Part shown: one piece after another, positions 49,561 to 59,909 of the stretch
How positions within the stretch are numbered: position 1 is the first letter of the stretch
Layout: every line of letters begins with the position of its first letter
Assembly: GCA_963668625.2 (NCBI GenBank)
Contig: CAXXKA010000006.1
Coordinates: forward strand, 448,001 to 512,000
Direction: 5' to 3'
DNA length: 64,000 bases
Source of the DNA: an uncultured candidate division Zixibacteria bacterium
GTDB lineage: Bacteria; Zixibacteria; MSB-5A5; UBA10806; 4484-95
Program-made: the position numbers and the translations under genes
Notes under the pieces: model-generated
What the model was told of the DNA's origin: nothing
What the model saw: only the letters and a program-made list of their open reading frames with translations
Databases searched by the model: none

Positions 49561-51690
49561 CTATTTGAGTAATGTCACTCGTTTGGTCTCTACCTCGGTG
49601 CCGTTGGTTAGCCTGATTAAGTAGATACCGGTGGCATACTCGCCGGCGTTCCAGATATAGCTGTGTTCGCCCGCTGATTGATGTCCATCGTATAAAGTCT
49701 CTACTTTCTGTCCCAGAAGGTTGAATATCTCCAGCGAGATATCGCTGTCTGAAGGCAGGCTGTAAGCAATCGAGGTGGAGGCGTTGAATGGATTGGGAGC
49801 GGCGTTCTTGAGAGCGAACGCGCCAGGTAACGCAATGTCATCCTCAGCCACATCGACCATCTCTTCAACGAACATCGTAACCGGGATCTCGATGATCGGC
49901 TGTTCCATGGAGGTGCACATTATGCTTATAACAGCCTGATGTGTTCCCCCGGGAATACCGGTGGCATCAAAGGTGATATTGATATCCTGAGAATTGTAAG
50001 GCTCGATAATGTCGTTTTCGGGGTCGGGAGTTATCCAGGTCATCTCGGGTGGTGGATCCCCGACTATGAATTCGATTGCCAGGTTATCATGAACGAACTC
50101 CTCGTTATATGCCACCTGTGAGCCAATCGCGCCGGTGCCGTTTTCGATACCGACAGTGCATTCATCCAGGCGACCCGGGCCCATCGAGTTGTATTGATAT
50201 ACCACTTTATTGGGAGCAACGAGAATTATCTGGAACGTGAAAACACCCTGCTCCAGATCATCGGGAATAGCATCCCAGGTAACTATCGCGGAATCGGTTT
50301 CGTTGGTGTAGTACAACACCTGACCGCCTAATTCCAAATTGAGATTATCGAAAAACGCCGCCAGCATATTGTTGGGCTGATTGTAGCTGGGAATAGGTGA
50401 GTTCTCCCATTCGAGTATGAAAGCGTTGCTCATAGACGCCCAACCGTTGGTACAGATACTTATCTCATCCTCGATTTCACCATAATATTCGAAATCGAAA
50501 CCCAAATCGAGCGGGCCGGAATTACCATCATTATCGTAACCCCAGAAATCTACCACCGTAGCGACATCGGAGATATCCACCCACTCGTAGTCCGGGCCGT
50601 CTGGTTGATCGCTGTCACGATAGTAGTAGCCGAACTCATCCTGATCGGTAACCGAGAATCTGTTTATGTAATAGCGAAGATCACCATCGCCGACATTTTC
50701 CAGATGGAGCGGTAGTGTAACTTGATCGCCCTGGACGATATCTATATCGTAGGATTCGGGGGACCATTGAGCTTCGCCGATTCCGGCGTAATCGTAAAAT
50801 GGTGCGTTAGTGGCCGTGCCGATAGCGGCGGCATCATACTGGATATAGAAATAACCACCCAGTCGGCCGAACCCCGGTCCCCAGCTATTTTTAACTATCC
50901 AGGCTCCGTTGCCGTTACATTCATCATCATCCCAACCGACTATTAAAACGGCGTGATTGGTCGGTTCGGTATCGGCATGGTAGTAACATCCGCGTTGATA
51001 TGAATAAAAATCATCATATACCGTGAATGAGGTCGAAACTGGTGCTATTGCCAAAAAGCTTTTTATCACATCTACGTTATTGGGGATTGGCTGATAACCC
51101 TGAAGATTCGCCAATACCTCGCATTCCTCCTGGGTGCAGGGGATATCATCTCTTTGTAGATAAGGCATGCAAGACTCATCTATGGCGCCGAAATCCATGA
51201 ACATATTATAAGCGCTACCGCACCAGCCGCCCTCGCAACCGTCACATTCCACGACACACGAGACAATGGCCTGCTCGGATATATCCAGATCAATACCGGT
51301 GGCTATTTTATAAGCTGACTCGAAACCGGCGGTTGCCGCGAAAGCCCAGCACGAACCGCAATCCCCCTGATTGGTAACCGGGGTAACACCGCCCATCACG
51401 CGCCAGTCGAACACGGATTGGGTGTTGGTTATTGTAGGCGGGTCAACCTCGAGGTTTTCGTACATCAGGCGGACGCTGTCAGGAATAATATGGCCGAGCC
51501 GCATTCGTCTTTCCTCGAGAGGTAAATCCATGATCTCGTTATAGCCGGCCTCCCAGCTTAGTCCTTGATCCTTTATTTTACTCTGGATTGCCTCGATTTC
51601 TTCTCGTACATCGGCTTCATCGGCGTACAATGATATGCAAAATACTGCAAAAAATACGTACACCAATAACACGATAGCCTTTTTGCTCAT
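49561..51690 (-). CDS. C1A papain-family cysteine peptidase with C-terminal sorting domain
   Basis: FDWR, NQGDCGSCWAF, NHAVLIVGW, WIVKNSWG, APNPFN CTD. GGAGG RBS before 51690; terminator at about 49508-49537. Confidence 0.92.
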   Translation of the reverse strand: MSKKAIVLLVYVFFAVFCISLYADEADVREEIEAIQSKIKDQGLSWEAGYNEIMDLPLEERRMRLGHIIPDSVRLMYENLEVDPPTITNTQSVFDWRVMGGVTPVTNQGDCGSCWAFAATAGFESAYKIATGIDLDISEQAIVSCVVECDGCEGGWCGSAYNMFMDFGAIDESCMPYLQRDDIPCTQEECEVLANLQGYQPIPNNVDVIKSFLAIAPVSTSFTVYDDFYSYQRGCYYHADTEPTNHAVLIVGWDDDECNGNGAWIVKNSWGPGFGRLGGYFYIQYDAAAIGTATNAPFYDYAGIGEAQWSPESYDIDIVQGDQVTLPLHLENVGDGDLRYYINRFSVTDQDEFGYYYRDSDQPDGPDYEWVDISDVATVVDFWGYDNDGNSGPLDLGFDFEYYGEIEDEISICTNGWASMSNAFILEWENSPIPSYNQPNNMLAAFFDNLNLELGGQVLYYTNETDSAIVTWDAIPDDLEQGVFTFQIILVAPNKVVYQYNSMGPGRLDECTVGIENGTGAIGSQVAYNEEFVHDNLAIEFIVGDPPPEMTWITPDPENDIIEPYNSQDINITFDATGIPGGTHQAVISIMCTSMEQPIIEIPVTMFVEEMVDVAEDDIALPGAFALKNAAPNPFNASTSIAYSLPSDSDISLEIFNLLGQKVETLYDGHQSAGEHSYIWNAGEYATGIYLIRLTNGTEVETKRVTLLK

Positions 51691-52195
51691 GATAATACCT
51701 CCTAAAAGTACACTCAAAACACTACTAATTTTCAATCTACCAGGTAAATGAATATAGTCAAGCGAAAACTGGAGAGGCAGTTGCGGCAAAATGGTGTATA
51801 GTCAAGTAATCTCGCAGTTAAAGGCGCTTTAACTAAGCTTTACTTAATACATATAAGCATAATAGTTAACAAAAAGCCAGCCATTTATATAATTGTATCT
51901 ATTCTAATTTAATGTAAAGCGGGCGATTAAAAATGGAATAACGTTTTTTAACCTGAAATAAGTAATCGATTTACGTCATATGAGTATTAGTATTATGAAG
52001 CGGTATTTTTTCAGTAAATTGGCAAAAAAAATCGGATACCAGGGAGTTAGATATGGTAAATGTCAAGGAGGCCTTACTTAATAAGCGACTATATGAATCT
52101 ATGTCTAATATAAGTTGAATTATCCGATGAAATTAATTATAAGCAGTGGGTTGTTTAGGCTGGCACAAAAGGAATAGTGGCAGCGTATTATAAAG

Positions 52196-55100
52196 ATGAT
52201 GAGGTCTATGAAACTAGCGATAATCATACTTGCTTTGTTATCGGTATTTTGCCTGGCGGACACCGATGTGGGCGAGCCACTTGATTTAATCCATGCCGAT
52301 AAGCTTCTAACTACAGGCAAGGATGTTAACAATCAGACTAATCTGATTGGTAACGTGCATTTTCATCACGGCACAACCGATTTATGGTCGGATAGGGCGA
52401 TCTGGTATCGCAAAACCAATCTGGTGGTGTTTATCGACTCGGTTCGGGTGGTCGATAGTACGCGGGTTCTAACTTGTCAGCATCTTACATATTACCGCAA
52501 CACCGGCTCAGCCATGGCTGTCGGTACGGTTAAAATCGAGGATAAAATCGAAAAGGTAAGACTCGAGGCCAATAAGGTGAATTACTATCGCGAGGAGGAT
52601 AAATTTATCGCTACCGGTGGCCCGATGTTTACTTTAAACCCCGAGGATGACTCCGCTAAAACCGCGATCGAGGGTGAGGAGATCGTGTTTTACGCCGGCG
52701 AAAAAACCGGCGAGGTGCTCAATGACGTTATTATAACTCGACAGGATTTGAAAGCCACCGCCGATCGCGCCGAGTTTTACGATTCGGGCGAGATAATCAA
52801 GCTGTTGGAAAATCCTCTAGTAATCCAGGATAATAATGAACTCGAGGGCGATGAGATTACCGTATATACCAAAGAGAAAACTATCAACAACATGCTAATC
52901 GAGGGGGATGCCAGGGCAACCTACCGTCAGAGAGACGATACCACCGCGACAGACTATACCGAGGCGATACTCGAAGGCAAGCAGTTGGAGGTTTTCTTTT
53001 TCGATGATGAGATAGAGAAAGCCGTGATGAGGCGAAACGCTACCAGCTATTATAATCCATCCTCAAAAGATACGGTCGCCCGGGGTAGAAACGTAGCCAG
53101 CGGTGATTCGATAACACTGTTTTTCAAGCAAGGTGATATAGAAAGGGTGCAGATCTTAGGTGGCGCCCAGGGATTTTACGAGGAGTCGAAAACAAGACGA
53201 GTGGAGGGCGAGCTCGAGACCTACGCCGATACGACTTTCTATGAGGGCGCCGAAATCGATTACAACGTAGAGAATAATGTTATCAAGCTGATCGACCGGG
53301 GAAAACTCAAGTATCAGAACATGACTCTCGAGTCGGCGGATATTCGTTACGATGTCGGCGAGGAGATACTGGTAGCCGAGGGGCGATATATTCAGACTGA
53401 TTCAGGCGAGGTATATGACCAGGGTCCGACCTTGAACGAGGGCAGCGATAAACTTCGCGGACATAGAATGACCTATAACATAGGTACGCGCAAAGGCAAA
53501 GTGGAACTGGGAAAGACCAAGCTGGAGGATAAACATTTCTTCGGGGATGAGGTGCGGCAGGTGGATAAGGATGTGCTCTACGTGCGCTCGGGTAAGGTTA
53601 TCCCATGTAAAGATGAAAACGCCAATGTTCATTTCTATGGCCACAAGATGAAGATTATCAATAAGGATAAATTAATTGCCCGGCCGGTTATCATGTTTTT
53701 AGGGCCGTTGCCGGTATTCGCTTTACCTTATATCGTGTTCCCGATCGAAAAAGGCAGACGTTCTGGAATCACGACTTTCACTCTGGGGAGTTTCGAGGAG
53801 GGCGAGAGATATATCCGGGATATCGGCTATTACTGGGCGGCCTCCGATTATTGGGACGCGAAAGCAACGTTGGATTATTACGAGAATTCGAGAACCACGT
53901 TAAACGGTACTTTAAGATACAACGTTAAATATTTATTGAGTGGCAATATCAACACCTCCTACACCAGGGCTTCCAGCTGGAGTAATTATTCTCAAACCCG
54001 GCGTAACGACTGGCGCGTAAATTTCAGGCACAATCAGAAAATTACGGAAACCATGACATTAGCGGGAAGCGGCACGTTCGTTTCGAGTAAGACTTATAAT
54101 CTCGATAACACCTACGATCAGGATGAACGACTTCAGAGAACGATAAGCTCCAATATGAGCCTGACGAAAAGTTGGCGTGACGGTATTCTTCGTAACCTTG
54201 TCATCGCCGCCGATGAGAATTGGAATCTCGACACCGACGTTAAAACCCGTCACCTGCCTATAATTACTTTAAGCAGTAACAGCATACAATTGTTCAAGCC
54301 CAAAGAGAAAGATGAGTCTCTCCGGGTGTTGCCGTGGATAGAGGAAGAGGATGAGGATGATGATCGCTGGTACCATTCGGTCAGGTTGAGTTTTAACAGC
54401 AAGTTTAATAATGACCAACGTTATTATACCAGTAATGAGATCAAAGACTGGAAGAAAATCAACACATTATATTCGACAATGCGGCTTTCTATGAACCCCA
54501 AACTGTTCGGAGTTTTAACGTTCACTCCCTCGTTAAATCTTCAACAAACATTTTATAACATACAGAAGGTTCATGATGCCGATTCTACCGATGTGGAAAC
54601 CGGAACCATAGCCAGCCGAGAGGTCTGGTCGGCGAGTATCGGAACCGGTACTACGATGTATGGCACGTTTTATCCCAATTTCCTCGGTATTACCGGATTC
54701 AGGCATGTGATCTCGCCCAGTGCCTCGTACAATTTCGCCCCGGAAACGAAGAAAAACGAGGAATACCAGGATTATACCGGAGTGGGCAGTTCGAGTCGCC
54801 GGCAAAGAAATTTCAGCTTCGGATTGTCCAATAATTTCCAGATGAAGATAGGTTCGGGGGAGAACGAGAAAAAACTGGATTTGCTTACCGTCAATTTTTC
54901 CTCCGGCTATGATATAGAAGCGGATGCGAAGAAAGTTAAACCTCTCCGCACCTCGGTAAACACGGGAGCTATTAAAATCGTGAATCTTTCGGCAAGTTTT
55001 GCCCATGATTTTTATGATGAATCCATTTCTCTTAACTTGCTTGATCCTTACCTTACCAGTCTTTCGCTTTCGGCCTCTTTTTCCAGGAAAATCGTTATTT

Positions 55101-55552
55101 TTAAAGGCGAGGGCTCCGGTAGCGGCTCGAAGCAGGACATAAGTGATGATGGTGAGAGAGGGAAGCTTCTGTCAATTCCCGGTAAAGGTGGTGAGGATGA
55201 TTTTGAGGGGTCGGATGAGGCCTCTCTGGGCATAAGCCTCAGTCATCGCTATACAGAAAGCAGAAGTTTCGGTCATGTCACCGGCAAGACACGATTTTTA
55301 GAATGCGATTTCGATTTGAATCTTACTAAAGGGTGGAAAATCGAATCGAGTTTTCGTTACGATCTGGAGGATAAACGAACCGAGTTCCCGGTGGTAAGTT
55401 TCTCCCGCGACTTGAATTGCTGGGCCGGCGTATTCGAATGGCGACCCTCGGGAAGTTTATCCGGTTATTTTTTCAAGATATATATCAAACAACTGCCCGA
55501 TATAAAAGTTGAGCAGTCTACCGGCGGTCTGGGCGGTTCGTCTTTCCGCTAA
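52196..55552 (+). CDS. lptD: LPS-assembly protein LptD with extended N-terminal OstA/LptA-like repeats
   Basis: Beta-jellyroll N-terminus, LPYIVFP..GRRSG, IGYYWAASDYWD, RDLNCW near the barrel end. Confidence 0.85.
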   Translation: MMRSMKLAIIILALLSVFCLADTDVGEPLDLIHADKLLTTGKDVNNQTNLIGNVHFHHGTTDLWSDRAIWYRKTNLVVFIDSVRVVDSTRVLTCQHLTYYRNTGSAMAVGTVKIEDKIEKVRLEANKVNYYREEDKFIATGGPMFTLNPEDDSAKTAIEGEEIVFYAGEKTGEVLNDVIITRQDLKATADRAEFYDSGEIIKLLENPLVIQDNNELEGDEITVYTKEKTINNMLIEGDARATYRQRDDTTATDYTEAILEGKQLEVFFFDDEIEKAVMRRNATSYYNPSSKDTVARGRNVASGDSITLFFKQGDIERVQILGGAQGFYEESKTRRVEGELETYADTTFYEGAEIDYNVENNVIKLIDRGKLKYQNMTLESADIRYDVGEEILVAEGRYIQTDSGEVYDQGPTLNEGSDKLRGHRMTYNIGTRKGKVELGKTKLEDKHFFGDEVRQVDKDVLYVRSGKVIPCKDENANVHFYGHKMKIINKDKLIARPVIMFLGPLPVFALPYIVFPIEKGRRSGITTFTLGSFEEGERYIRDIGYYWAASDYWDAKATLDYYENSRTTLNGTLRYNVKYLLSGNINTSYTRASSWSNYSQTRRNDWRVNFRHNQKITETMTLAGSGTFVSSKTYNLDNTYDQDERLQRTISSNMSLTKSWRDGILRNLVIAADENWNLDTDVKTRHLPIITLSSNSIQLFKPKEKDESLRVLPWIEEEDEDDDRWYHSVRLSFNSKFNNDQRYYTSNEIKDWKKINTLYSTMRLSMNPKLFGVLTFTPSLNLQQTFYNIQKVHDADSTDVETGTIASREVWSASIGTGTTMYGTFYPNFLGITGFRHVISPSASYNFAPETKKNEEYQDYTGVGSSSRRQRNFSFGLSNNFQMKIGSGENEKKLDLLTVNFSSGYDIEADAKKVKPLRTSVNTGAIKIVNLSASFAHDFYDESISLNLLDPYLTSLSLSASFSRKIVIFKGEGSGSGSKQDISDDGERGKLLSIPGKGGEDDFEGSDEASLGISLSHRYTESRSFGHVTGKTRFLECDFDLNLTKGWKIESSFRYDLEDKRTEFPVVSFSRDLNCWAGVFEWRPSGSLSGYFFKIYIKQLPDIKVEQSTGGLGGSSFR

Positions 55553-55653
55553 GGATATTAAAATTAATCCAAAAAAAAATTTGACAGGATAATTAAGGCT
55601 ATGCTAAGCTTTTTCCAGATGATTAACTAAACCTAATACAATAGGGAGCGAAA

Positions 55654-55926
55654 ATGAATAAAGAGATGATTGTGGAGAAAATTGCCGAGGAAGCTGGAAT
55701 TAATAAAGCACAGGCAGGCCGCGCATTCAAAACCGTATTTGATTCCATTACCGACACACTTAAAGGCGGCGACAAGGTGACCTTGACCGGTTTCGGCACA
55801 TTCCTGGTTTCCGAGCGTAAAGAACGCGAGGGACGTAACCCGCAGACCGGTGAAGCTATAACTATCCCCGGTGGAAACGTTCCGAGATTTAAAGCCGGCA
55901 AAGCTTTAAAGGATGCCGTAAAGTAA
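55654..55926 (+). CDS. hup: DNA-binding protein HU
   Basis: MNKEMI...GFGTF...REGRNPQTGE...PRFKAGKALKDAV. TTGACA-N18-TAAGCT promoter and terminator at about 55953-55975. Confidence 0.96.
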   Translation: MNKEMIVEKIAEEAGINKAQAGRAFKTVFDSITDTLKGGDKVTLTGFGTFLVSERKEREGRNPQTGEAITIPGGNVPRFKAGKALKDAVK

Positions 55927-56059
55927 CATTAACCGAAAATTAAACATATCATAGCCCGGCTCCGGTCGGGCTTTTAATTTTATCGTATGTATGGAACAGA
56001 AATAGGTTTAATCCATATACTTAAACGTAAAATTGTGCTAAGAGAATGCTTTAAATGGA

Positions 56060-56088
56060 TTGACAGACTTTTCTGGGAATTGTAAAAT
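56060..56088 (+). promoter_or_regulatory. Sigma70 promoter giving a probably leaderless ftsK mRNA
   Basis: TTGACA-N17-TAAAAT-N6-ATG. Confidence 0.65.
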
Positions 56089-56094
56089 CAGGGT

Positions 56095-58431
56095 ATGGCA
56101 GGAAGAAAAAAGAAAGACACGGTAAGAAATAATCGAATTCTGGGATTATTGTTGGCTATTTGCGGGCTATTGATCGCCGTTAGCCTGGTCTCACATAACC
56201 AGTTGAATGATTCCGAGGTGCTGTTAAAGGCATTCGAGGATAACAAGCTGATAGAGTTGTTCGATACTCCATTCGATAATAGAGGGGGGATCATAGGTGT
56301 ATTCATATCCTACGGTTTACTCTCATTATTCGGCTATCTGGCGTTCTTTTTGCCGTTGGCAATCTGGTCTGTCAGTTTCTGTGTATTCTTCTCGACTAAA
56401 TTCTTACCGACATTCAAACGCATCGGTTATGCGGCTATGTTTTTATATTTTATCGGTATACTATTTTCTCTTCACGGGGCCGATACTGAATTTTTCTCGA
56501 TCGACCCGGGGGTCGGTGGATTAATCGGGCATTATAGCGCTGCGCTCATAAAGTTGCTCACGGGCAGCGTTATCGCATACACCATAACGATCTCGCTTAT
56601 AATAGGTAGCATTATCTGGGTGATGCCATCCAATATGAAAATACCGGGTAGAAATTTGCCCTCTCAATTCATCAAGTTCAAAAATATGATATTCGATTCG
56701 GTCGGCTCGGTTAAAGTGAAAAAGCCTAAGAAAGCAAAAATAGGAGTGGCCAAACCCGAAACCGAATCCGATGTTGATTTTGATATACCTCCAGTCGCCG
56801 AGGCCGAGCCGGGGCTGTTAAAGAGGATTGTCCGTATTAAGAAAGCTAAGCCGAAAGGCACCATGAACTTACCGGCTGGTCTGGGGCAACCGGAACTCGA
56901 GTTGGATTCAGGCAATGGCGATCATGATTTCGATCCGGCCACTGCTGCCGGTATCGATGGTCCGCAGATGAGAATACCTACCACGGAGAGCGGCGAGCGC
57001 GAGGATGATGTCGCCGTGGGATACGTGTTCCCCTCTACTGACCTTTTGGCCGACCCGCCCGATAACGAACCCTCGATAAGCAATAACGAGTTAGAGGCAA
57101 CCGCCGAGGCGTTAAAAGATACGCTGGCGACATTCGGAGTGACCCTGGCCAATGGCGAGGTGGAGATCTATCCGGGGCCGATCATCACTCGTTACGAGTT
57201 CAAGCCGGGGCCGGGAATCAAGGTTTCGCAGATAGTAAATTTGGCTGATGACCTGGCGTTGGCGATGAAAGCCAAACGTATCAGGATCGTGGCTCCCATA
57301 CCGGGTAAATCCGCGGTGGGTGTCGAGATACCGAATCGTCTGAGCCAGACCGTATATATCAAGGAAATCATCGGTAGCCGTAAATTCCAGGAAAATACTT
57401 TAAAACTGCCGCTAGCGATAGGTAAGACTTTATCGGGGCAGCCGCATGTGGTGGATCTGGCCGCCATGCCGCATCTTCTAATAGCTGGCGCCACCGGCAC
57501 GGGAAAATCAGTGTGTTTGAATTGTATTATCACCAGCATGTTATACCATCTCTCGCCGGAAAACCTTCGGCTGATTTTGATAGACCCGAAGATGCTGGAA
57601 CTTTCGGTGTATAACGATTTGCCGCATCTGGAAAAACCGGTAGTAACCGAGATGAAATATGCCGAGCGAGTACTGGCGGAGGCCGTCGTCGAAATGGAAG
57701 ATCGGTACCGCAAGCTGGCTAAAGAGGGTGTGCGAAACATCGCCGATTTCAACGAGACAGCCGACAAGCCGATTCCGTACGTAGTAATCATAGTGGATGA
57801 GCTGGCGGACTTGATGATGGTCGGTTCGAATCGGGTGGAGACTTTGATAACCCGCCTGGCGCAAATGGCGCGCGCAGTGGGGATACATCTGATACTGGCT
57901 ACGCAGCGTCCCTCGGTGGATGTTATCACCGGTCTTATCAAGGCCAACTTTTCTACACGTATCGCGTTTCAGGTGGCTACGAAAGTCGATTCGCGTACGA
58001 TTCTCGATTTGAACGGCGCGGAAAAATTGCTGGGCCGAGGCGATATGCTGTACATGAACCCATCATTCCCCGAGCCCAAGCGAGTTCACGGTGGCTTTAT
58101 CTCGGGTAAGGAGACTAAATCATTATGTAAGTTCTTAGGCTCGCAGGAATATGCCCCGGAGAAAATCAAAAATTTCGATTCGGATGAAAATAAACCGATG
58201 CAATACGATCCGGCCGCCGACGCGGTGTATCGCGAGGCCATAAAAGTCGTGGTGAAACATAAACAGGGTTCGGTATCTCTTCTGCAGAGACGATTGGGGA
58301 TCGGTTACCAGCGGGCGGCCAGGCTTATCGATCAACTGGAGGAGAACGGTATCGTTGGGCCTTACGATGGCTCAAAGGCACGCGAGGTGCTCATGGATGA
58401 GGACGCGCTCGAAGAGATGTTCAGCGAGTAA
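56095..58431 (+). CDS. ftsK: DNA translocase FtsK
   Basis: N-terminal TM domain, PHLLIAGATGTGKS, IDPKMLE, LATQRPS, gamma domain SLLQRRLGIGYQRAARL. Confidence 0.97.
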   Translation: MAGRKKKDTVRNNRILGLLLAICGLLIAVSLVSHNQLNDSEVLLKAFEDNKLIELFDTPFDNRGGIIGVFISYGLLSLFGYLAFFLPLAIWSVSFCVFFSTKFLPTFKRIGYAAMFLYFIGILFSLHGADTEFFSIDPGVGGLIGHYSAALIKLLTGSVIAYTITISLIIGSIIWVMPSNMKIPGRNLPSQFIKFKNMIFDSVGSVKVKKPKKAKIGVAKPETESDVDFDIPPVAEAEPGLLKRIVRIKKAKPKGTMNLPAGLGQPELELDSGNGDHDFDPATAAGIDGPQMRIPTTESGEREDDVAVGYVFPSTDLLADPPDNEPSISNNELEATAEALKDTLATFGVTLANGEVEIYPGPIITRYEFKPGPGIKVSQIVNLADDLALAMKAKRIRIVAPIPGKSAVGVEIPNRLSQTVYIKEIIGSRKFQENTLKLPLAIGKTLSGQPHVVDLAAMPHLLIAGATGTGKSVCLNCIITSMLYHLSPENLRLILIDPKMLELSVYNDLPHLEKPVVTEMKYAERVLAEAVVEMEDRYRKLAKEGVRNIADFNETADKPIPYVVIIVDELADLMMVGSNRVETLITRLAQMARAVGIHLILATQRPSVDVITGLIKANFSTRIAFQVATKVDSRTILDLNGAEKLLGRGDMLYMNPSFPEPKRVHGGFISGKETKSLCKFLGSQEYAPEKIKNFDSDENKPMQYDPAADAVYREAIKVVVKHKQGSVSLLQRRLGIGYQRAARLIDQLEENGIVGPYDGSKAREVLMDEDALEEMFSE

Positions 58432-58436
58432 ATGAT

Positions 58437-59060
58437 ATGAACCGACATTCGTTGATTAAAGCTTTTGGCAAGATGTCGTTTTTTCTGGCCTTGATGATTG
58501 CCTTGCCGGTGGTGCTGTCTTTCACCGGCGAATATCCTAAACCGGCGCTGGCTAGGTACCTCGATAAAGACAACGTTTACTGGAAAATAGAGCAGATAAA
58601 TATTTCGCCTATATTCGATGAGCCGGAAACTACCTTAATAGAATTATATTTTCAGAAACCGGATAATTTATATCTGGTTACTGATGTCAGTATGATACTC
58701 ACTCGTGCCGATACGATCTGGACTTATTCACCCGATAACAGGCAAATTCAGAAAAACATAGGCGGCGGGGTGTTCAATCCGTTTAATTTTATCGATACCT
58801 CTCAGACTCACTATAAGATAGTGGAATCCGACGCTAACTCGGTTTCGCTGAAATGTATCGATGGTACGCTCGAACCCGACAGCCTTCAGGTTACCTATGG
58901 CATCGATGGAGTGATACGGTCAGTCTCGTATCTCGATATCAACGAGAATGAAATAAGTCTCGTGTTCAAAGATGAGTCATTCGATAAACTCATTCCCGAG
59001 GATAATTTTCTGACCAAAACGCCCGAGGGGGTACAGATAATAGATTTCAGCGATGAGTAA
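58437..59060 (+). CDS. lolA: Outer-membrane lipoprotein carrier LolA-like protein
   Basis: YFQKPD, DTIWTYSP..Q, F...TPEGVQIID; directly after ftsK. Confidence 0.65.
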   Translation: MNRHSLIKAFGKMSFFLALMIALPVVLSFTGEYPKPALARYLDKDNVYWKIEQINISPIFDEPETTLIELYFQKPDNLYLVTDVSMILTRADTIWTYSPDNRQIQKNIGGGVFNPFNFIDTSQTHYKIVESDANSVSLKCIDGTLEPDSLQVTYGIDGVIRSVSYLDINENEISLVFKDESFDKLIPEDNFLTKTPEGVQIIDFSDE

Positions 59061-59069
59061 GGATTTCCC

Positions 59070-59909
59070 ATGATAAAAAAATATATCGGATTATTAATAG
59101 TTATAATATTAACGTTATCGGCAACCTCCCGGAGCCTGGCTGGGGAGGTTTTTAGATATAAGTTCGAACGAGATACTCTTCACTACAATCTTTCGATCCT
59201 GAGCAACCTTCAATTTACCCAGCTCCAAAGCCTGGCGGAGTTGCTCGATATCGACTCGTTGAAAAACGTATTCGATATGGATATCGACATGGTCGCCAAG
59301 CCGGGTAAAGGCAAAAACGGTTCGATCGTGAAGTTGAGATTCAATCGCATCAGTTCGGTGACGATAGTCGGTGACTCGGTTATCAGTGATGATAATGTCG
59401 GTTGGGGAAGGGTCAAGCCCGGTTCGGAATTTCTGCTATTGATTTCCGATAGGGGAGAGATAAGACTGATGAATAAGATTAATATCAAAGCCGGGCGGCA
59501 GGTAGTCGATATGATTCAACGATTCATGCCCGTTTTTCCCGAAAAACCCATAAGCGAAAAGTACGGTTGGCCGGATACGGTCAGTTTCGATATCGAGTTG
59601 CCTCAGCAGGAAACCCGGCAGATCGAGACGATAGTGAATTACACCTACTCGGGAGATGACCCGACGACCGGCATGGAGAAATTCGATTATCTGCTGAATA
59701 ACTCCTCCAGCGATTCCTCTCAGATATATCTTGCCGGGTATGGTAAGCTCGAATTCGACAGCGATGAAGGATTTATCGAGTATAACGAGGGTGATATCAC
59801 GATCGATACCGAGATCAGCTTGTCGGTGTTCGGTTTGCCTGAAATGTTAGGCACTACGCCACTCCATATCGACTCGAAAATCAAATTGAATTTGGTTGCC
59901 AATGAGTAA
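59070..59909 (+). CDS. Hypothetical exported protein
   Basis: Signal peptide, 279 aa, tightly packed in the operon. Confidence 0.7.
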   Translation: MIKKYIGLLIVIILTLSATSRSLAGEVFRYKFERDTLHYNLSILSNLQFTQLQSLAELLDIDSLKNVFDMDIDMVAKPGKGKNGSIVKLRFNRISSVTIVGDSVISDDNVGWGRVKPGSEFLLLISDRGEIRLMNKINIKAGRQVVDMIQRFMPVFPEKPISEKYGWPDTVSFDIELPQQETRQIETIVNYTYSGDDPTTGMEKFDYLLNNSSSDSSQIYLAGYGKLEFDSDEGFIEYNEGDITIDTEISLSVFGLPEMLGTTPLHIDSKIKLNLVANE

